Below, piece after piece: positions 25,550-37,792 of a DNA stretch of 64,000 nt. The position numbers and the translations under genes are program-made. Source of the stretch: Camelus ferus (taxonomy: Eukaryota); the NCBI RefSeq assembly GCF_009834535.1, contig NC_045696.1:80230001-80294000 (forward strand), given 5' to 3'. The notes under the pieces were generated by a model that was given only the letters and a program-made list of their open reading frames with translations, had not been told where the DNA came from and ran no database searches. Position 1 is the first letter of the stretch, and each line of letters begins with the position of its first letter.

Positions 25550-25915
25550 AGGTCAGCTGTCTAGGCCCTGGGCACAAGTCTGGCCCACTTTGTGTTCTGG
25601 GAAATGCAGGGGGGTTTTGATCTTTAAAAAATTTTTTTTGATTGAAGTATAGTTGATTTACCATGTTGTGTTAATTTCTGGTGTATAGCATAGTGATTCA
25701 TTTATACATACGTATATTTCTTTTCATATTCTTTTTTATGGGAAACACAGTTTTATTGGTACACAGCCACATTCGTTTTCATTTTGCTATAGCTGTCTTT
25801 GTGTTACAAGGGCAGAGCTGAGTCATTGCAACAGAGATCACAGATGAACAGAAGTTTAAATATTTACTATCTAGTCCTTTCCAAAAAAAAACATTTACCA
25901 GCCCCTGTTCCAGAG
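25550..25915. mobile_element. MER58-like hAT element interrupted by a minus-strand L1 3' tail (~25620-25740)
   Basis: agttttattggtacacagccac...gcagagctgagtcattgcaacagaga...tatttactatct; L1 tail ttgaagtatagttgattta. Confidence 0.7.
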
Positions 25916-26237
25916 TAGAAGAGTTCAGGTAATTTGGGGGAAAAATTCACCTTGGAAAAGCCCCAGAGTGAGATTAAATTCATCAACGCTCAATAAAGAG
26001 TAAGGTTCAGTCAGAAGTGAAGTGTTGTGTTTCTTCAAATCTTGCTCTAGTTCTGTTTGTAAATTTACACATTCTTGGAGTGAGTAGAGAGCAGCTGGCT
26101 GAGAAATGTTAATAAAGTTATGTAAAAGATTAATATTGATTATACCATCTATTTCCTTTTCCTTTATGTTCTTGTCTAATATTAGCTTGACTACCTGTTA
26201 GAATGTCAGTAATTTATTTCAGAGGCTTCATCACAGA

Positions 26238-26403
26238 ATAGTGGTTCTCAACCCTCGCACGTAAGTCACCTGAGGGATCTTTTTAACAAAAACCTGATCC
26301 TACCCGTGGAACTTCTAATTTAAAGGATGCGGGGTGGGACCTAGGCACTGATGTTTTTAAAACCGTCCAGATGATTTCAATATGCAGCCAAGATTGAGAA
26401 TCA
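26238..26403. mobile_element. MER5-like hAT element
   Basis: agtggttctcaacc...atgcagccaagattgagaatca terminal inverted repeats. Confidence 0.75.
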
Positions 26404-27373
26404 TAGGCAGAGTGTGATTTTTTTTTTAAATGTATTAGTTAGTTGAAATTATTCCCTAGGTCCTGTTACTCTAACTACAAATCGACACGCACTGGTGGTC
26501 TCTGGCATTCTTATTAGCGGGCTTGACCTCTTCACCTGGAGCTACCACTTTTTATTACCCATGTCACGCCCACAGCATGGGCTCTGCTAACCCACAGACT
26601 GAGGTCAGAGATTGGTCTTCCATCAGGAAAAGTAGTGACATATTAATAGTGAAAGAAATGATGTCTCTTTGTTGGAATGAGTGATATTTAAGGCGTATAA
26701 ATTGGCTAACATATTTCAGAAGCATTCACCTTGCTTCCACAAAGGAAACATAGGAATCTAATGAAGCATCTAAGGCAGGGCGTAGCACTCTTTCTGGAAA
26801 GTTCCAGATGATGAATCTCCTAGGCTTTGTGGGGCAAAAAGCAAATCAAGTTACAGCTGCACCACGGAGGTGTGCAGTGCGCCCAGCAGGAGGAGGGACG
26901 AAGTCGTGAGAGCACTGGGCACAGTCTCTGTCCCAACCACTCAGTCCCACAGTTTCTGCGTGATGCTCGTTCCTTTCATGCAGGAAGAGCCCGAAGCAAT
27001 ACGTAAACAAATGAGCAGAGCTACTTGGGTTTTCATCACTGCCGTGTGTCACAAAAGGATATTCTCCTTTTGATTGCTTTTCAGCCATTAGAAAATACAA
27101 AAGTTAAAAAACAAAAGTAAAAATCACTCTTTTGTGGGTCATACAGAGGGAAGAGCTGGGTCAGATCTGACCTGCAGCCAGCCGTTTGCTATCACTTGTT
27201 CTAGACTCAGTCCTTAGGCACAGCATCCTAGGCCTAAGGATGGTTCTATATTTAGCTCTGAATTAACATTCTGATTGCCCACTGCCAGCTAAAAGGATGA
27301 TAGGATCCAGCCAATGAAATATAGTCACTTCTGTCTTCAACGAACCTTTCACGCGAGGTGACAGTCCATTCGG

Positions 27374-27537
27374 TCAGCTGTTCTCAGCTTCGGCTGTACA
27401 TTGGCACCATCTGGGGAGACTGAAACCTCCCACACCCAGATCAATTATGTCAGAAACTCTGGGGCGGGACCCGGAGATCAGTAGTTTTTAAATCTCCTCG
27501 ATGATTTCAGTGGGTAGACAAGGCTGAGAACCACTGA
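27374..27537. mobile_element. MER5-like hAT element
   Basis: cagctgttctcagc...ggctgagaaccactg terminal inverted repeats. Confidence 0.75.
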
Positions 27538-27744
27538 TCTTGGGAGGAGCAAAGAACTGGGACTTCCTCAAGCTGCAGAACAGGTGATATGGTTGTTTCT
27601 GTCTGCTAATAAATATTTGTTTAGTAACATCTTCATGTGTGGGAGAAACTGGTGTGAGCCTTGCTTTTATTGTAATAGGATGGTGAGATTTCTGGGAGAG
27701 TAGCTAACATGCGTGCACACCTCATGCACAGCAAAATAAGCCAC

Positions 27745-28852
27745 CAAAAAATGAAAAGGCACGCTATGGAATGGAAGAAAATATTTGCAAATCGTATATT
27801 GAATAAGGAATTAATATGCAAAATATATAAAGAACTCATACAACTCAACAGAAAAAAAAATCCGATTAAAAAATGGGCAGAGCAAATAATTAGATATTTT
27901 TCCAGCGAAGACATACAGATGTCAAACAGGTACTTGAAATGATGCTCAACATCAGTAATCATCAGGGAAATGCAAATAAAAAACCACAGTGAGATATCAC
28001 CCCACAGCTGCTAGAATGGCTCTTATCAAAAAGACAAGAGATAACATTTGTTGGTGAGGGTGTGGAGAAAAGGGAACCTTGTGCACTGTTGGTTGGACCT
28101 GTAAAATGGTGCAGCTACTACAGAAAACACCACGGAGTTTCCTCAAAAAGTTAAAAAAAAGAACTACCATATGCTCAGCAATTCTACTTCTGGGTACTTA
28201 CCCAAAGGAAACAAAATCACTATCTCAAAAAGATATCTGTAGCCCATGGTTATTGTAGCATTATTCACAATAGCCAAGACATGGAAATGACAAGTATCCA
28301 CCAGTAGGTAAATGGGATAAAGAAAATGTGGTGTGTATGTATACAATGGAATATTATGCAACCACAAAAAGAAGGAAATCCTGCCATTTGCAGCAGCGTA
28401 GATGGACCTTAAAGGCATTATGCTAAGTGAATGCCTTAAAGGCATGATGCTAAAGTCAGCCAGAGAAAGACAAATACTGTATGATCTCATATGTAGACCT
28501 AAAAAAATTTTTTTAGAAAACCCAAACTCAGATTGGTGGTGGCCAGAGGCCAGGAGTGGGGGAGGAGGGTAGGAAATGGCTGAAAGTGGTCAAAGGAAAC
28601 AAACTTCTAGTTTTAAGGTACATTAGTCCTGGGGGTGTCACGTACAGCTTAGTGATTATAGTTAACAATGCTGTATTGTATATTTGAAAGTTGCTAAGAG
28701 TGTAGATCTTAAAAGTTCTATAACTATGTGTGGTATGGATATTAACTAGACTTATTGTGGGCATCACTTTGCAATGTGTACAAATACTGAATCCTGATGT
28801 TGTACACTTAAAACAAACACCATGTTATGGGTCAATTATATCTCAACTAACA
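27745..28852 (+). mobile_element. 5'-truncated L1 (ORF2 end plus 3'UTR)
   Basis: [26 protein letters not shown]; 3' end gtcaattatatctcaa. Confidence 0.9.
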
Positions 28853-30974
28853 AAGGTAAGCTTGACACTGAGGATGAGGAAACTGGTTTACAGAAAAGGC
28901 TGCACACTTCCAAGGGAGGACCTGGAAACCCAAGTCTGTCTGCTGTGACCACAGGTTTTACCCACCAGGGTCTGCCACGTGCACGTGCTACACCAAGAGC
29001 AGGGACTCAGGGCTGCCCACGCCCTACCTGCTCATCCTCTGAAGCATTGCAAGAGCCCCTGGAAACAAACCTGTGCCAATATTCTTCATTTTACAAGAGC
29101 AGAAACACATCCAGAGACTTAAAGTGACTTTCCTAAAATCACCCAGAGAGTTGATGTTAGAAAGGCCATAAAACTCTATCAGCTGTCTCAAAGCAGAACT
29201 CAGGAAAAGAGGATGGGGCAACTTTTTAAGGCAAAGTAACCTTCTATATCATGATGGTGGTGATGGTGACACATTGTATATGATTACCAAAATTAATCAA
29301 ACTGCTCACTTAGAATTGATGGGTTTTAATGTATGTAAATAATAACCTAAATAAAGAAAATAATGCTAATGTACATATATAATTAAAATTAATGTCACCC
29401 ACTTTCTGTTACGTTTTCCTGACTTTAGCAATTATTGCCATGTACTGGGGGTTTCACATGTCAGGGACGTGCTGAATACTTCACATTTCTTATCTCATTA
29501 ATCCTTGAGTGTTAATGCAGCTTGTCTAGACCACTCAAGTGTATTTCCTTAGTCTTTCTGGGTGACGTTTTCTGGAATTCCACATCTATCACTGCCAATA
29601 CAATCGTACTTAGGGCTAACTAGGATTTAATTCTCGAGTGGATGAGCAGGCTATGGCGTCCACCCTAACTCTTTCTATAGCTAGAAAGGTTACAGCCGTG
29701 TTTACCAATTGCACCCAGGAAGCCAGTCATGAATAATTTATTTCATCCTCCCAACAACCTTTGGGGTAGGTACCATTAACATTCTGACTTCACGGGTGCT
29801 GAAGCTGGAACGGAGCCCTTAGCAAACCAGCCAGACAGACACACTAGGAAGCAGCAGGCAAAGATCTGATCCCAGGCGGCCTGAGCCCCTGCGGTTGTTG
29901 GCTTAATCCTCACACCACCTGGCCTCCCAACCAGGGACACCAGGCAGGCTGCTGAGCTGGTGTGTGGGGGCCAGGGTGTGGCTCTTGCAGAGATGACAAA
30001 AGATGACTTTCCCAATGCAGCAGGCATCTCCAGACTAGTGTGGCCTCAGACACTGGTCAGATCTGTTGTCTGTTCCCAGTGCCAGGCTGCTGGGGTGAGA
30101 TGCGATGTGGGAGCCTAGGAACTGGCAGTCACTGGGCAGACGCCCCCATCCACAGGGCACAAGAGGCCCTGAGCATTGAGGTGGGGGCTATTTGACAGGA
30201 GCCTCATGTAGCCCTTTCGATTTTGAAGAATTTTTCAAGATGTGTTTACCTCTTGGTCCCTGACTTGGCTATAGAATGGAGAGAACCTCCAGGAATCTCA
30301 CTAGTGCTCTTCTGGGCAACTGGGGCAACCTAGCATGTTGTTTCCATCTATTTTTATTTTTCTATAGAGCATCTGCGTCTTCCCTTCCAGTGAACAATTT
30401 GCCGATGACACTTTACCTTTAAACGCAGTGCCAGAGCCTGACTGAAATGCAGACTGATCCCTCTGCAAGAGGACACAAGTTACCACGTCTTAACTCCGTA
30501 TGAAGCTAATTGGGACAAATTAAACGTGTACTGACTACCTCAAGATAACTGGAGATTTCTGCACCCTCTCTAATTACCAGAAACAATACCACAGTGACGT
30601 GCTCTTCTGGAGATTGAGAATGCACAACTGTGGAAGAACCTGCATGTTAATAGTACCATCAGTATAGGAGAGCCACCACATACAAGGATGCCGAGACTTA
30701 GTTAAGTCCCCACTATCTGGCTTAATTCAGAAAGATCAGGAAACATTATCCCTGGTCAAAGAGGCTGAATTAAATTGAGACATTCCTGGATTCACAGAAG
30801 ATATCAACTCTGGATCAAATTAAAATATACTCATCTCATTTGGCATAATGTAAAAAATTAATACAAGACAAACAGAACAAATGACTGATGAGTCTGGGAA
30901 CCATGACTTGTTTTGCCTTGAAGGGAAGTTATGTTGTACCTTTTATTTATCATGTATGTTTATCTTTTGTGGGA

Positions 30975-31280
30975 TTTAATTAAAACATTCAGTTATTCAA
31001 TAAATACTTACTCGAGGACTAGCTGTGCTCCAGGCACTCAGGTACAAGGGGTTCCGCTGCAAACAAAAGAGACAAAAATATGTCTTTATAGAGCCTACAC
31101 TCTAGATGGTGAAGACAAGTAATGAAGGAGTAAATTATATAGAATGCCAGAAAGCTTGAAGTGCTTGGAGGAAAAACAAAGTGTGGGAGCAAGATAGGGA
31201 CGGACAGGGTGGGAAGCAGGAGACTGCGGTTATAAATAGGGGTGCAAAGAGAGAGCCTCATGAAGAGATAAGGAAGAGGT
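30975..31280 (+). mobile_element. L2 fragment
   Basis: attcaataaatacttactcgag...tgtgctccaggcact; orientation convention uncertain. Confidence 0.65.
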
Positions 31281-31657
31281 GGTCCTTAGAGCATCATTTG
31301 TGATAAAGATAAACATTGGCAGCAACCTGATACATGTCTATGGGGGACTGGTTAACTACGTCATGATGTATCTGTACAATAGGACACTGTACAGCAAGGG
31401 AAATGTACTATGGCTACAGAATGAGCCCCCAAGACACAGGCATGGATAAAAACAAGGTGCAGAATGATGTACAGAGTATGTGACCATTTTTGTCTGTCAT
31501 GTACATGAGATAAATATTTTACATATAATACTTAAATGCATGGAATCTCAGCGGAAAGATACATTAAAAACTGTTAATAATGGAGTTGGAGAAAAGGGTA
31601 ATTCATGGACAGGTAAGGGTGAAATACTTCGTATTCCATTTTACTCTGAGTATCTAC

Positions 31658-31913
31658 TGCTGAACGGCCAGGCCCCTCAAGGTGGCTGTCCTCTTGCTCT
31701 CTCCCCCCCCTGCTCGGTCAGTCCCTGCTTCACTCACATGAGAACCCAATCCTCTTAATTATGTGGCTTAATTAGTCCCTGCTAATTGCTGAGCCCCCCT
31801 GACATCAATGCCCCTATAAAAGGTAGGCGCCTCCTCCCCCAGTAGCAGTGAAGATTGCTACCATGTCCAGCCCGTTGTCTGCCATACACAGTGGGGCGCT
31901 GCTCCCCAGGAAC
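31658..31913 (+). mobile_element. 3'-truncated LTR (U3 plus start of R) directly upstream of TNFSF10
   Basis: TG start, CCAAT 31746-31750, TATAAAA 31815-31821, R-like gcagtgaagattgct...cagtggggcgctgctccccagga; no AATAAA/ATTAAA or U5 follows. Confidence 0.7.
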
Positions 31914-32037
31914 CTGTAGTGGAATCCTCCCTTCTCTCTTGCTTGCTGGCTGCTAGTGGTGAGGGGTTCCCAGGCTTGCATAATTCCAATCTCTGTCTCG
32001 CCCGTATGGATTTTTCTCTCCCTGTTTGTCTGCTATA

Positions 32038-32109
32038 GCTTTCAGTTTCACTTTGTTCTTTTCTAGTAGACTGAACTTCGGCTCCCCGCCCCACCCACTT
32101 CTTCCGTCA
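32038..32109 (+). promoter_or_regulatory. Putative proximal promoter module: tandem IRF-E/ISRE, GC box, CACCC box, ETS/half-CRE
   Basis: GCTTTCAGTTTCACTTT 32038-32054 (reverse complement AAAGTGAAACTGAAAGC), CCCCGCCCC 32084-32092, CTTCCGTCA 32101-32109, all within 130 bp of the ATG. Confidence 0.7.
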
Positions 32110-32167
32110 CCTCCAGACATAACCTGCTGCCTGGCTGACTCTGCAGCAGTCAGGCCCTGACGGGACC

Positions 32168-32299
32168 ATGGCCTCGGTGCAGGCTCCGGGGGGCGCCAGT
32201 CCCGGGCAGACCTGCGTGCTGATGCTGATCTTCACCGTGCTCCTGCAGTCCCTCTGTGTGGCCATAACCTACGTGTACTTCACCAACGAGCTGAAGCAG
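32168..32299 (+). CDS. TNFSF10: TRAIL exon 1 CDS (44 aa: cytoplasmic tail and type II TM helix)
   Basis: MASVQAPGGASPGQTCVLMLIFTVLLQSLCVAITYVYFTNELKQ; Kozak accATGg; donor CAG|GTCAGT. Confidence 0.98.
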
Positions 32300-35200
32300 G
32301 TCAGTACCAGGCACGGGGTCCCTGACAGAGGCTTTCAGCAGCCCTCCACTTACTTGCCTCTCTGTCGTCTTCTCTGTGAAGATTTTGCAGAGGAGGAGAC
32401 AGCTCGGTTTCTCTGCCTGGGGACCCTAAATGCATGTCATTACTGAGAACTTTACAGAGGGGCGAGTTGAAGGGACTGTGTGGACCAAGTGCAGTGACAA
32501 AACTGGCCCCACAGTTACCAGCAGATGCAGGCACCAAACTCCTGAGCTAGTTTTTCTTGTTTCCAGCAGTCCATGTCTGTTTTAATATTAGCAACTGCTG
32601 CCGTTCGTTGAGTGTTTTCTGCTTAATGCTTTTTATAGCTCTCAACTCAAATTCTCTGGGGTGAGAGGAGCTGCATCAGGGCAGGACTGTGTCTGCTTTT
32701 GCTTACTGTGAAACCTCTAGGTGCTAGCATGTGGCTCCCACCTAGGAGGTGTTCATTAAACGTTTCTTGAATGAATAACCAACCTTCACAAATGTGGTGG
32801 TACTGCTAGTACACAGGGGTAGGGTAGAGTTGAGGCTTAATCCAAAGCCAGGCTCTAAACCACTTGTAACAATGCTGCTTTGTGTTCCAGATGTGGCTAA
32901 TCTCAGTGGATTTTGAATGCAAAATATTGAAAATAAGCCAACTCAGTTTTTGGCTTTTTGTTTTTATTTTAACTAGTTGTATATTATATAGTAGGGAACT
33001 CTGAGCTGCAAGGAACTCTGACACCCTCATTTTGTAGATGAGGAGACTAGAGACACCTCCAGAGAATGACTTGTCAAGCTCAGGGAGAACTTGGAGGCAG
33101 AGCTGGACCCAGGTCTTCAGCACCTAGGTAATGCTGTTCCCATCACAGCCGGGTGTCCATAGGGTTAACCTGTTTCCACTTTGTGATGAACACAGCTCCC
33201 TGCTGCATTGTGACAAGGCAGCATCCAATCTGTCAGCTGGCCAGAAAGGCTGAGGGTCTTGGACAAATACAAATTGTGCACAAATAGAGTGTTTCTGTAA
33301 AGGAAATGCAGTTTGTATATCCTGTGGAGTATAAACTTGGCTCTCAGTTGGGGATTTTCTTTGGAAATGAATGATGTAGACTTTTGTTCACAAGTAATTA
33401 TGAAAATGATCACTACCATTCGATGACCAGTAGAGTCAGCTTTGTTATAGAGCAATTTTGAAGAGCCCATATATTTGTAAGAAAAAAAAAATCCATGTCA
33501 CTATAATCATGTCTTTAGTTCTGAGTCTGCAGGAGAGACTGGAATGCTGCTGTGTTTACCAATTTGGAGCCATCATGTCCTAAGCTTTGTTAACTTTGCA
33601 GTATAAAGAGACTAAGTCTGTGTCTCCATATACAAGAGGTTCCCCTAATTTGCTCACATTAAAGTTGGCCTCATTTTAAGACTGAATCAACTGGTTTTCT
33701 ACTGATCTGAGTCATGCAATTGTCCATGTATATGATTAAGTTTTTTTAAGTATACTATAGAAATGGAGATTTCAAATAAAGCTTAACATCTCCCTATTTG
33801 CACACATTTTTCCTGATTGCGTGTTTATATGTGTGTACACTACTGTATAGACATGCAGAAGAATTCATTGAAAGTATTAGAGAATTAACAGATATTGAGC
33901 AAATACTATGTTTCAGAAACTTTCAAAGTATTGCCCTATTTCTTCCTCATGACAATTCTATAAATATAGTTATCCCATTTTATAGATGAACAAACTAAGG
34001 CTCGGGGAAGTTAGGGGACTTGTCCAAGATTACAAAGCTGGTAAAATGTAAAGCCCAATTTTGAACGTGCATTAAATAGGTGCTTAATAAGTTGTCACCA
34101 TTGTAACTAGCATTGAGAAGTCTCTTGAAGTTTTGACCCTCTTCATCAGGGACTTTTGCAAAGGAAAATGAATCTGAATCTCTTTGGGTAACTGTGTAGA
34201 GTTTGGAAAAGCATATTCAACACAAACATTAATTTCTTGAGACAGATCACAAGTTCCACTTTGGCTAGTGAAAACTTGCAGAAGAAGAAGAAGAGGTCAA
34301 AGATTGTAGGGAGTGTGGGTTGAGCAGGGCTGAGGGATGTTGGACTGGATCCTCACAATTAAGCCTGTAAACCAGCAAGCATGAACAATAAATATGCATT
34401 CAGTCTCTGAAGTCTGTCTCTCTGAGAAAGTTTATGACAAGGGGACTGCCTATCACTGTGGCATCATAGACAGGGAAGAAAAAGAAAGAAACCCTTATCC
34501 ACCGGTCTCCATAAATGATCCTTTATGCTATTTGTGGTTTGCAGAAAATAATTTGTTAGAGACTAATAATGTCTGGGCAGCAGAGCGTGTCTCTGAGCCA
34601 GCCACATCCACCCTGCCGACCTCAAGCGCTGCCAAGGCCTGGCTGGCCCTGGCCTAGACAACCACCGTATTTGCCATGGCAGCAAAAACACTGAAAATCC
34701 ACTTCTCAGAACCAAGGGCTTCTGGAACAGAAGAGCAGGCACCCAGTGCAATAGCTCGGGGCTGTCCCTCCTTCTAGATGTGTGCAAATAAAAATAGCAC
34801 ACACATCCCCCTGCTCCCACCTCTCAGATGTGGTTAGCAAGAGAAGAGACCCAGCCTGAGCTGTGCTGTAGGACATTCACACTTTGAGGTGGAAAGAAAA
34901 GGGTGAGAGAGACACATCATAGGAATCATCATTAATTATTCTCAGAATAACCACAGCACCCCTCACACATGCGTCAGTCACCTGCATTCGCCAGGGTCTG
35001 CAGAGGAAACTACCAAATGTGAAACCTGTCGGGCAGCTGGGGCCTTCTGTGGTTCAGAAATCAATACAGAAGCATAAAAATGTCTAGGAGGAGACACACC
35101 AGATGTCGACAGTTGTGATCTCTACCTAGGGGCCTTTTCTTCCTTTTTTATTTTTCTATGTTTCATAAATTTTCTACTGTGAACAGTGTAACAGTACCTA

Positions 35201-37320
35201 TGCTATCCATGTGATTTTTCATACGGACCTAAAGCACATGACATTTTAATATAGCCTTAAGAGAAAATAACTCTCCAGAATTTCCCACACAGTCTGACCT
35301 CAACCCTGTGAACAAGAGAGATCATCCCAAGGGTGATTCCAAGGAGGTGGAATAAGGGGGAATCACGGGTTTTGTCTGTACTTTTAGGAAAGTATTCTCT
35401 AACTTTCTGTATTTTCCAGGCTGCCTGTGTATCCTCAGTGCTTCTAGGCTTCATTAAATCTGGGGTAACAGTGGAGTCATACTGGCTCGTCAGACTCCCT
35501 GCCACGTATACCTAGGACCTTACTGAGTTTTCAAGGTTCTCCCTCCCACCTCCTGAAAGTGTTTCTGGAAAACTCCCAGAGAATATCCAGGGGTCAGCAG
35601 TTGACCTGCGTTGGCCCCTGCTCACTTCCACCCTCTCAAACTCCCACTTCACAGGGGGCTGCTGGCTACCATGACCTCCTCATCCCAGCTCCTCTCAGCC
35701 CTGCCTTGTCCTGCCCCTGGCCTGGCCTCTCAGGCACTTACCCGGTTCATGTTGAGACAGCGTTCAACTGCTGGGAAGTAAGAAGGCAAGTTGTTCCCTC
35801 CCTTCTGTCTCACGCACTTTGTCTTGTCCCAACGGGTTACCAAAACACTAAAGTCTGTTTATTCAGTTTCATCAGATCAGTGCCTGGCCAAGGCACACCC
35901 TATCCTGGCTAGGACCATGTCTAACTAGGACCATGACTAGTTCTTCCTGGAACTACCCTCAGGCCTTTTAGCTAAATCCAGCTCTTCCCCTCTGGTCCTT
36001 CCCCAAGTTTGCTAGACATGTTCTTCTACTTCTAAATTGAGTTCCTTCCTTGGAAAGGATTTTAAGCTCCCATATAATTTGCAGATGAAAACTGACGTCT
36101 ACAGTAGAAGAGCATGGGGGTGGGTAGGGACAAAGGAGTGGTGTTTAAAGTCTTCGCAGGTCCTCTCACCTCAGGTGGCCCCAGCTGTCACCCCCACTAC
36201 CTCTACTAGGCAAATGTTTTACTCTTGTAATTTATTAAGGGAAGAAAACAAACATTTATTTAAATGTAAATGAATGTTCTATGCCAGAGTGTGGGGAAGG
36301 AATGAATTAACTCAGGTTTGTCACTTTGACACTTGAGAGACCTGATCAAATGTCCAAAGGGTACGTGGCCTGGCCGACTTCAAACCCGCATCAGTCCAGC
36401 TGAAACCTCTCATAAGCAGTTGAGTTGTTTTGACTTGGAATGAGATTGTCCTTCTATAGGAAGGAGCAGATCATTGTTAAGTTTGATCCTTCTTCCAAGC
36501 TTTCGGGTCCCCTAAATTCACGTAACAGATAAAAATGGCTCTTTTCCCATTTATTTCCCCAAAGAAATGCATTTCAGTAGATTTGTACAGGGAAATAACA
36601 TCTCCTGAATCCTAGTTTTAAAAATGAAAACAGGAAAGAAAAAAAAAAAAAAAAGCCTGTCTGACCTTGCATAGACATCCTGTTTTTCTTTGTAAGATGA
36701 ATGGGTTGTCATCCTGAAGTATTCTGGATGGTCTTAGGTGGGGGTGGGGTGTGTGTAACACTAAGCACAGAGTTTGTTGACAAGGATCTGGCCATTGTAA
36801 ATGTTCACTTGATCAGAAGGAGGGAGAAAACCTCAAGTGGTGTTTCAAGTCTCTGCAAGTAAATCCCTAGCTGGTGTGGACATTTAATTGGGCAACATTC
36901 AAATTCCTAGCGTCAGTGTGGTCTGGATTCTGCCATCCAGAGGAGAAGAAATTACAATAACTAGAATCTACTCAGACAGCCAAAGCTCAGATCAAGAAAC
37001 AGAACATAATCTGTACCCTCAAAGGGTTTGGCTAATTTTTTTTATTGGGATCCTGGAATTTAAACAGACTCTGCTGCCTCCTTTGTACTTAGGTGGGTTT
37101 CCAGCTGTAGAATGGGATTCACACTATGTCAGAAATGGAAGGGACCTCAAAGATGACCACAGTGAACCAGCTCAAAACGCAAATGAAGAAGAGATGTGGA
37201 GGAGAAGAAGAAATGTGTTGAGGATACACAGATATTCACGGGCAGAGGCAGTGAAGGGCATTGTGACCCATTGTGGCCCACATCTGTTTCCTCTCCACCA
37301 TATCCAACTGCTTGCTTTTT

Positions 37321-37468
37321 CTTAATTTGTTTTTGCTTTTTGGGGAGGGGGGAAGGTAATTAGGCTTATTTATTCATTAACTTTTGGAGGAGGCGGTAGT
37401 GGGGATCGAGCCCAGGACCTCGTGCATGCTAGGCATGCCCTCTACCACTTGAGCCATACCCTCCCCTC
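37321..37468 (-). mobile_element. tRNA-derived SINE (Vic-1-like) in intron 1
   Basis: ggggatcgagcccagg...ctctaccacttgagccataccctcccc; TSD tccaactgctt on both sides. Confidence 0.88.
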
Positions 37469-37654
37469 TTCCAACTGCTTTTTTTTATTCAAAGGGCAAA
37501 GGACAGCATGCTTGTTTTTCCTTCAAGCCATGAGCTTATCCAAGGTGCTAAGGCTCCTCTGAATCTGTCATCAGTTTCTGTTATTTAAACTTCTACATAA
37601 AGAAAAATAAAAAGCACTTGTGTGTAATACTGTGTTATATTCACCTCAACACAG

Positions 37655-37792
37655 ATACAGGACAAGTACTCCAAAAGTGGCATAGGTTGCTTCTTAAAAG
37701 AAGATGACAGTTCTTGGGACCCCAGTGATGAAGAGAGTATGATCAACCCCTGCTGGCAAGTCAAATGGCAGCTCCGTCAGTTTATTAGAAAG
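37655..37792 (+). CDS. TNFSF10: TRAIL exon 2 (138 nt)
   Basis: IQDKYSKSGIGCFLKEDDSSWDPSDEESMINPCWQVKWQLRQFIRK; cag| acceptor, |gtaggt donor. Confidence 0.97.

Noticed and set aside
32300..32446. Extension of the 92-aa ORF past exon 1
   Set aside because: Read-through into intron 1 beyond the canonical donor; no TRAIL similarity.
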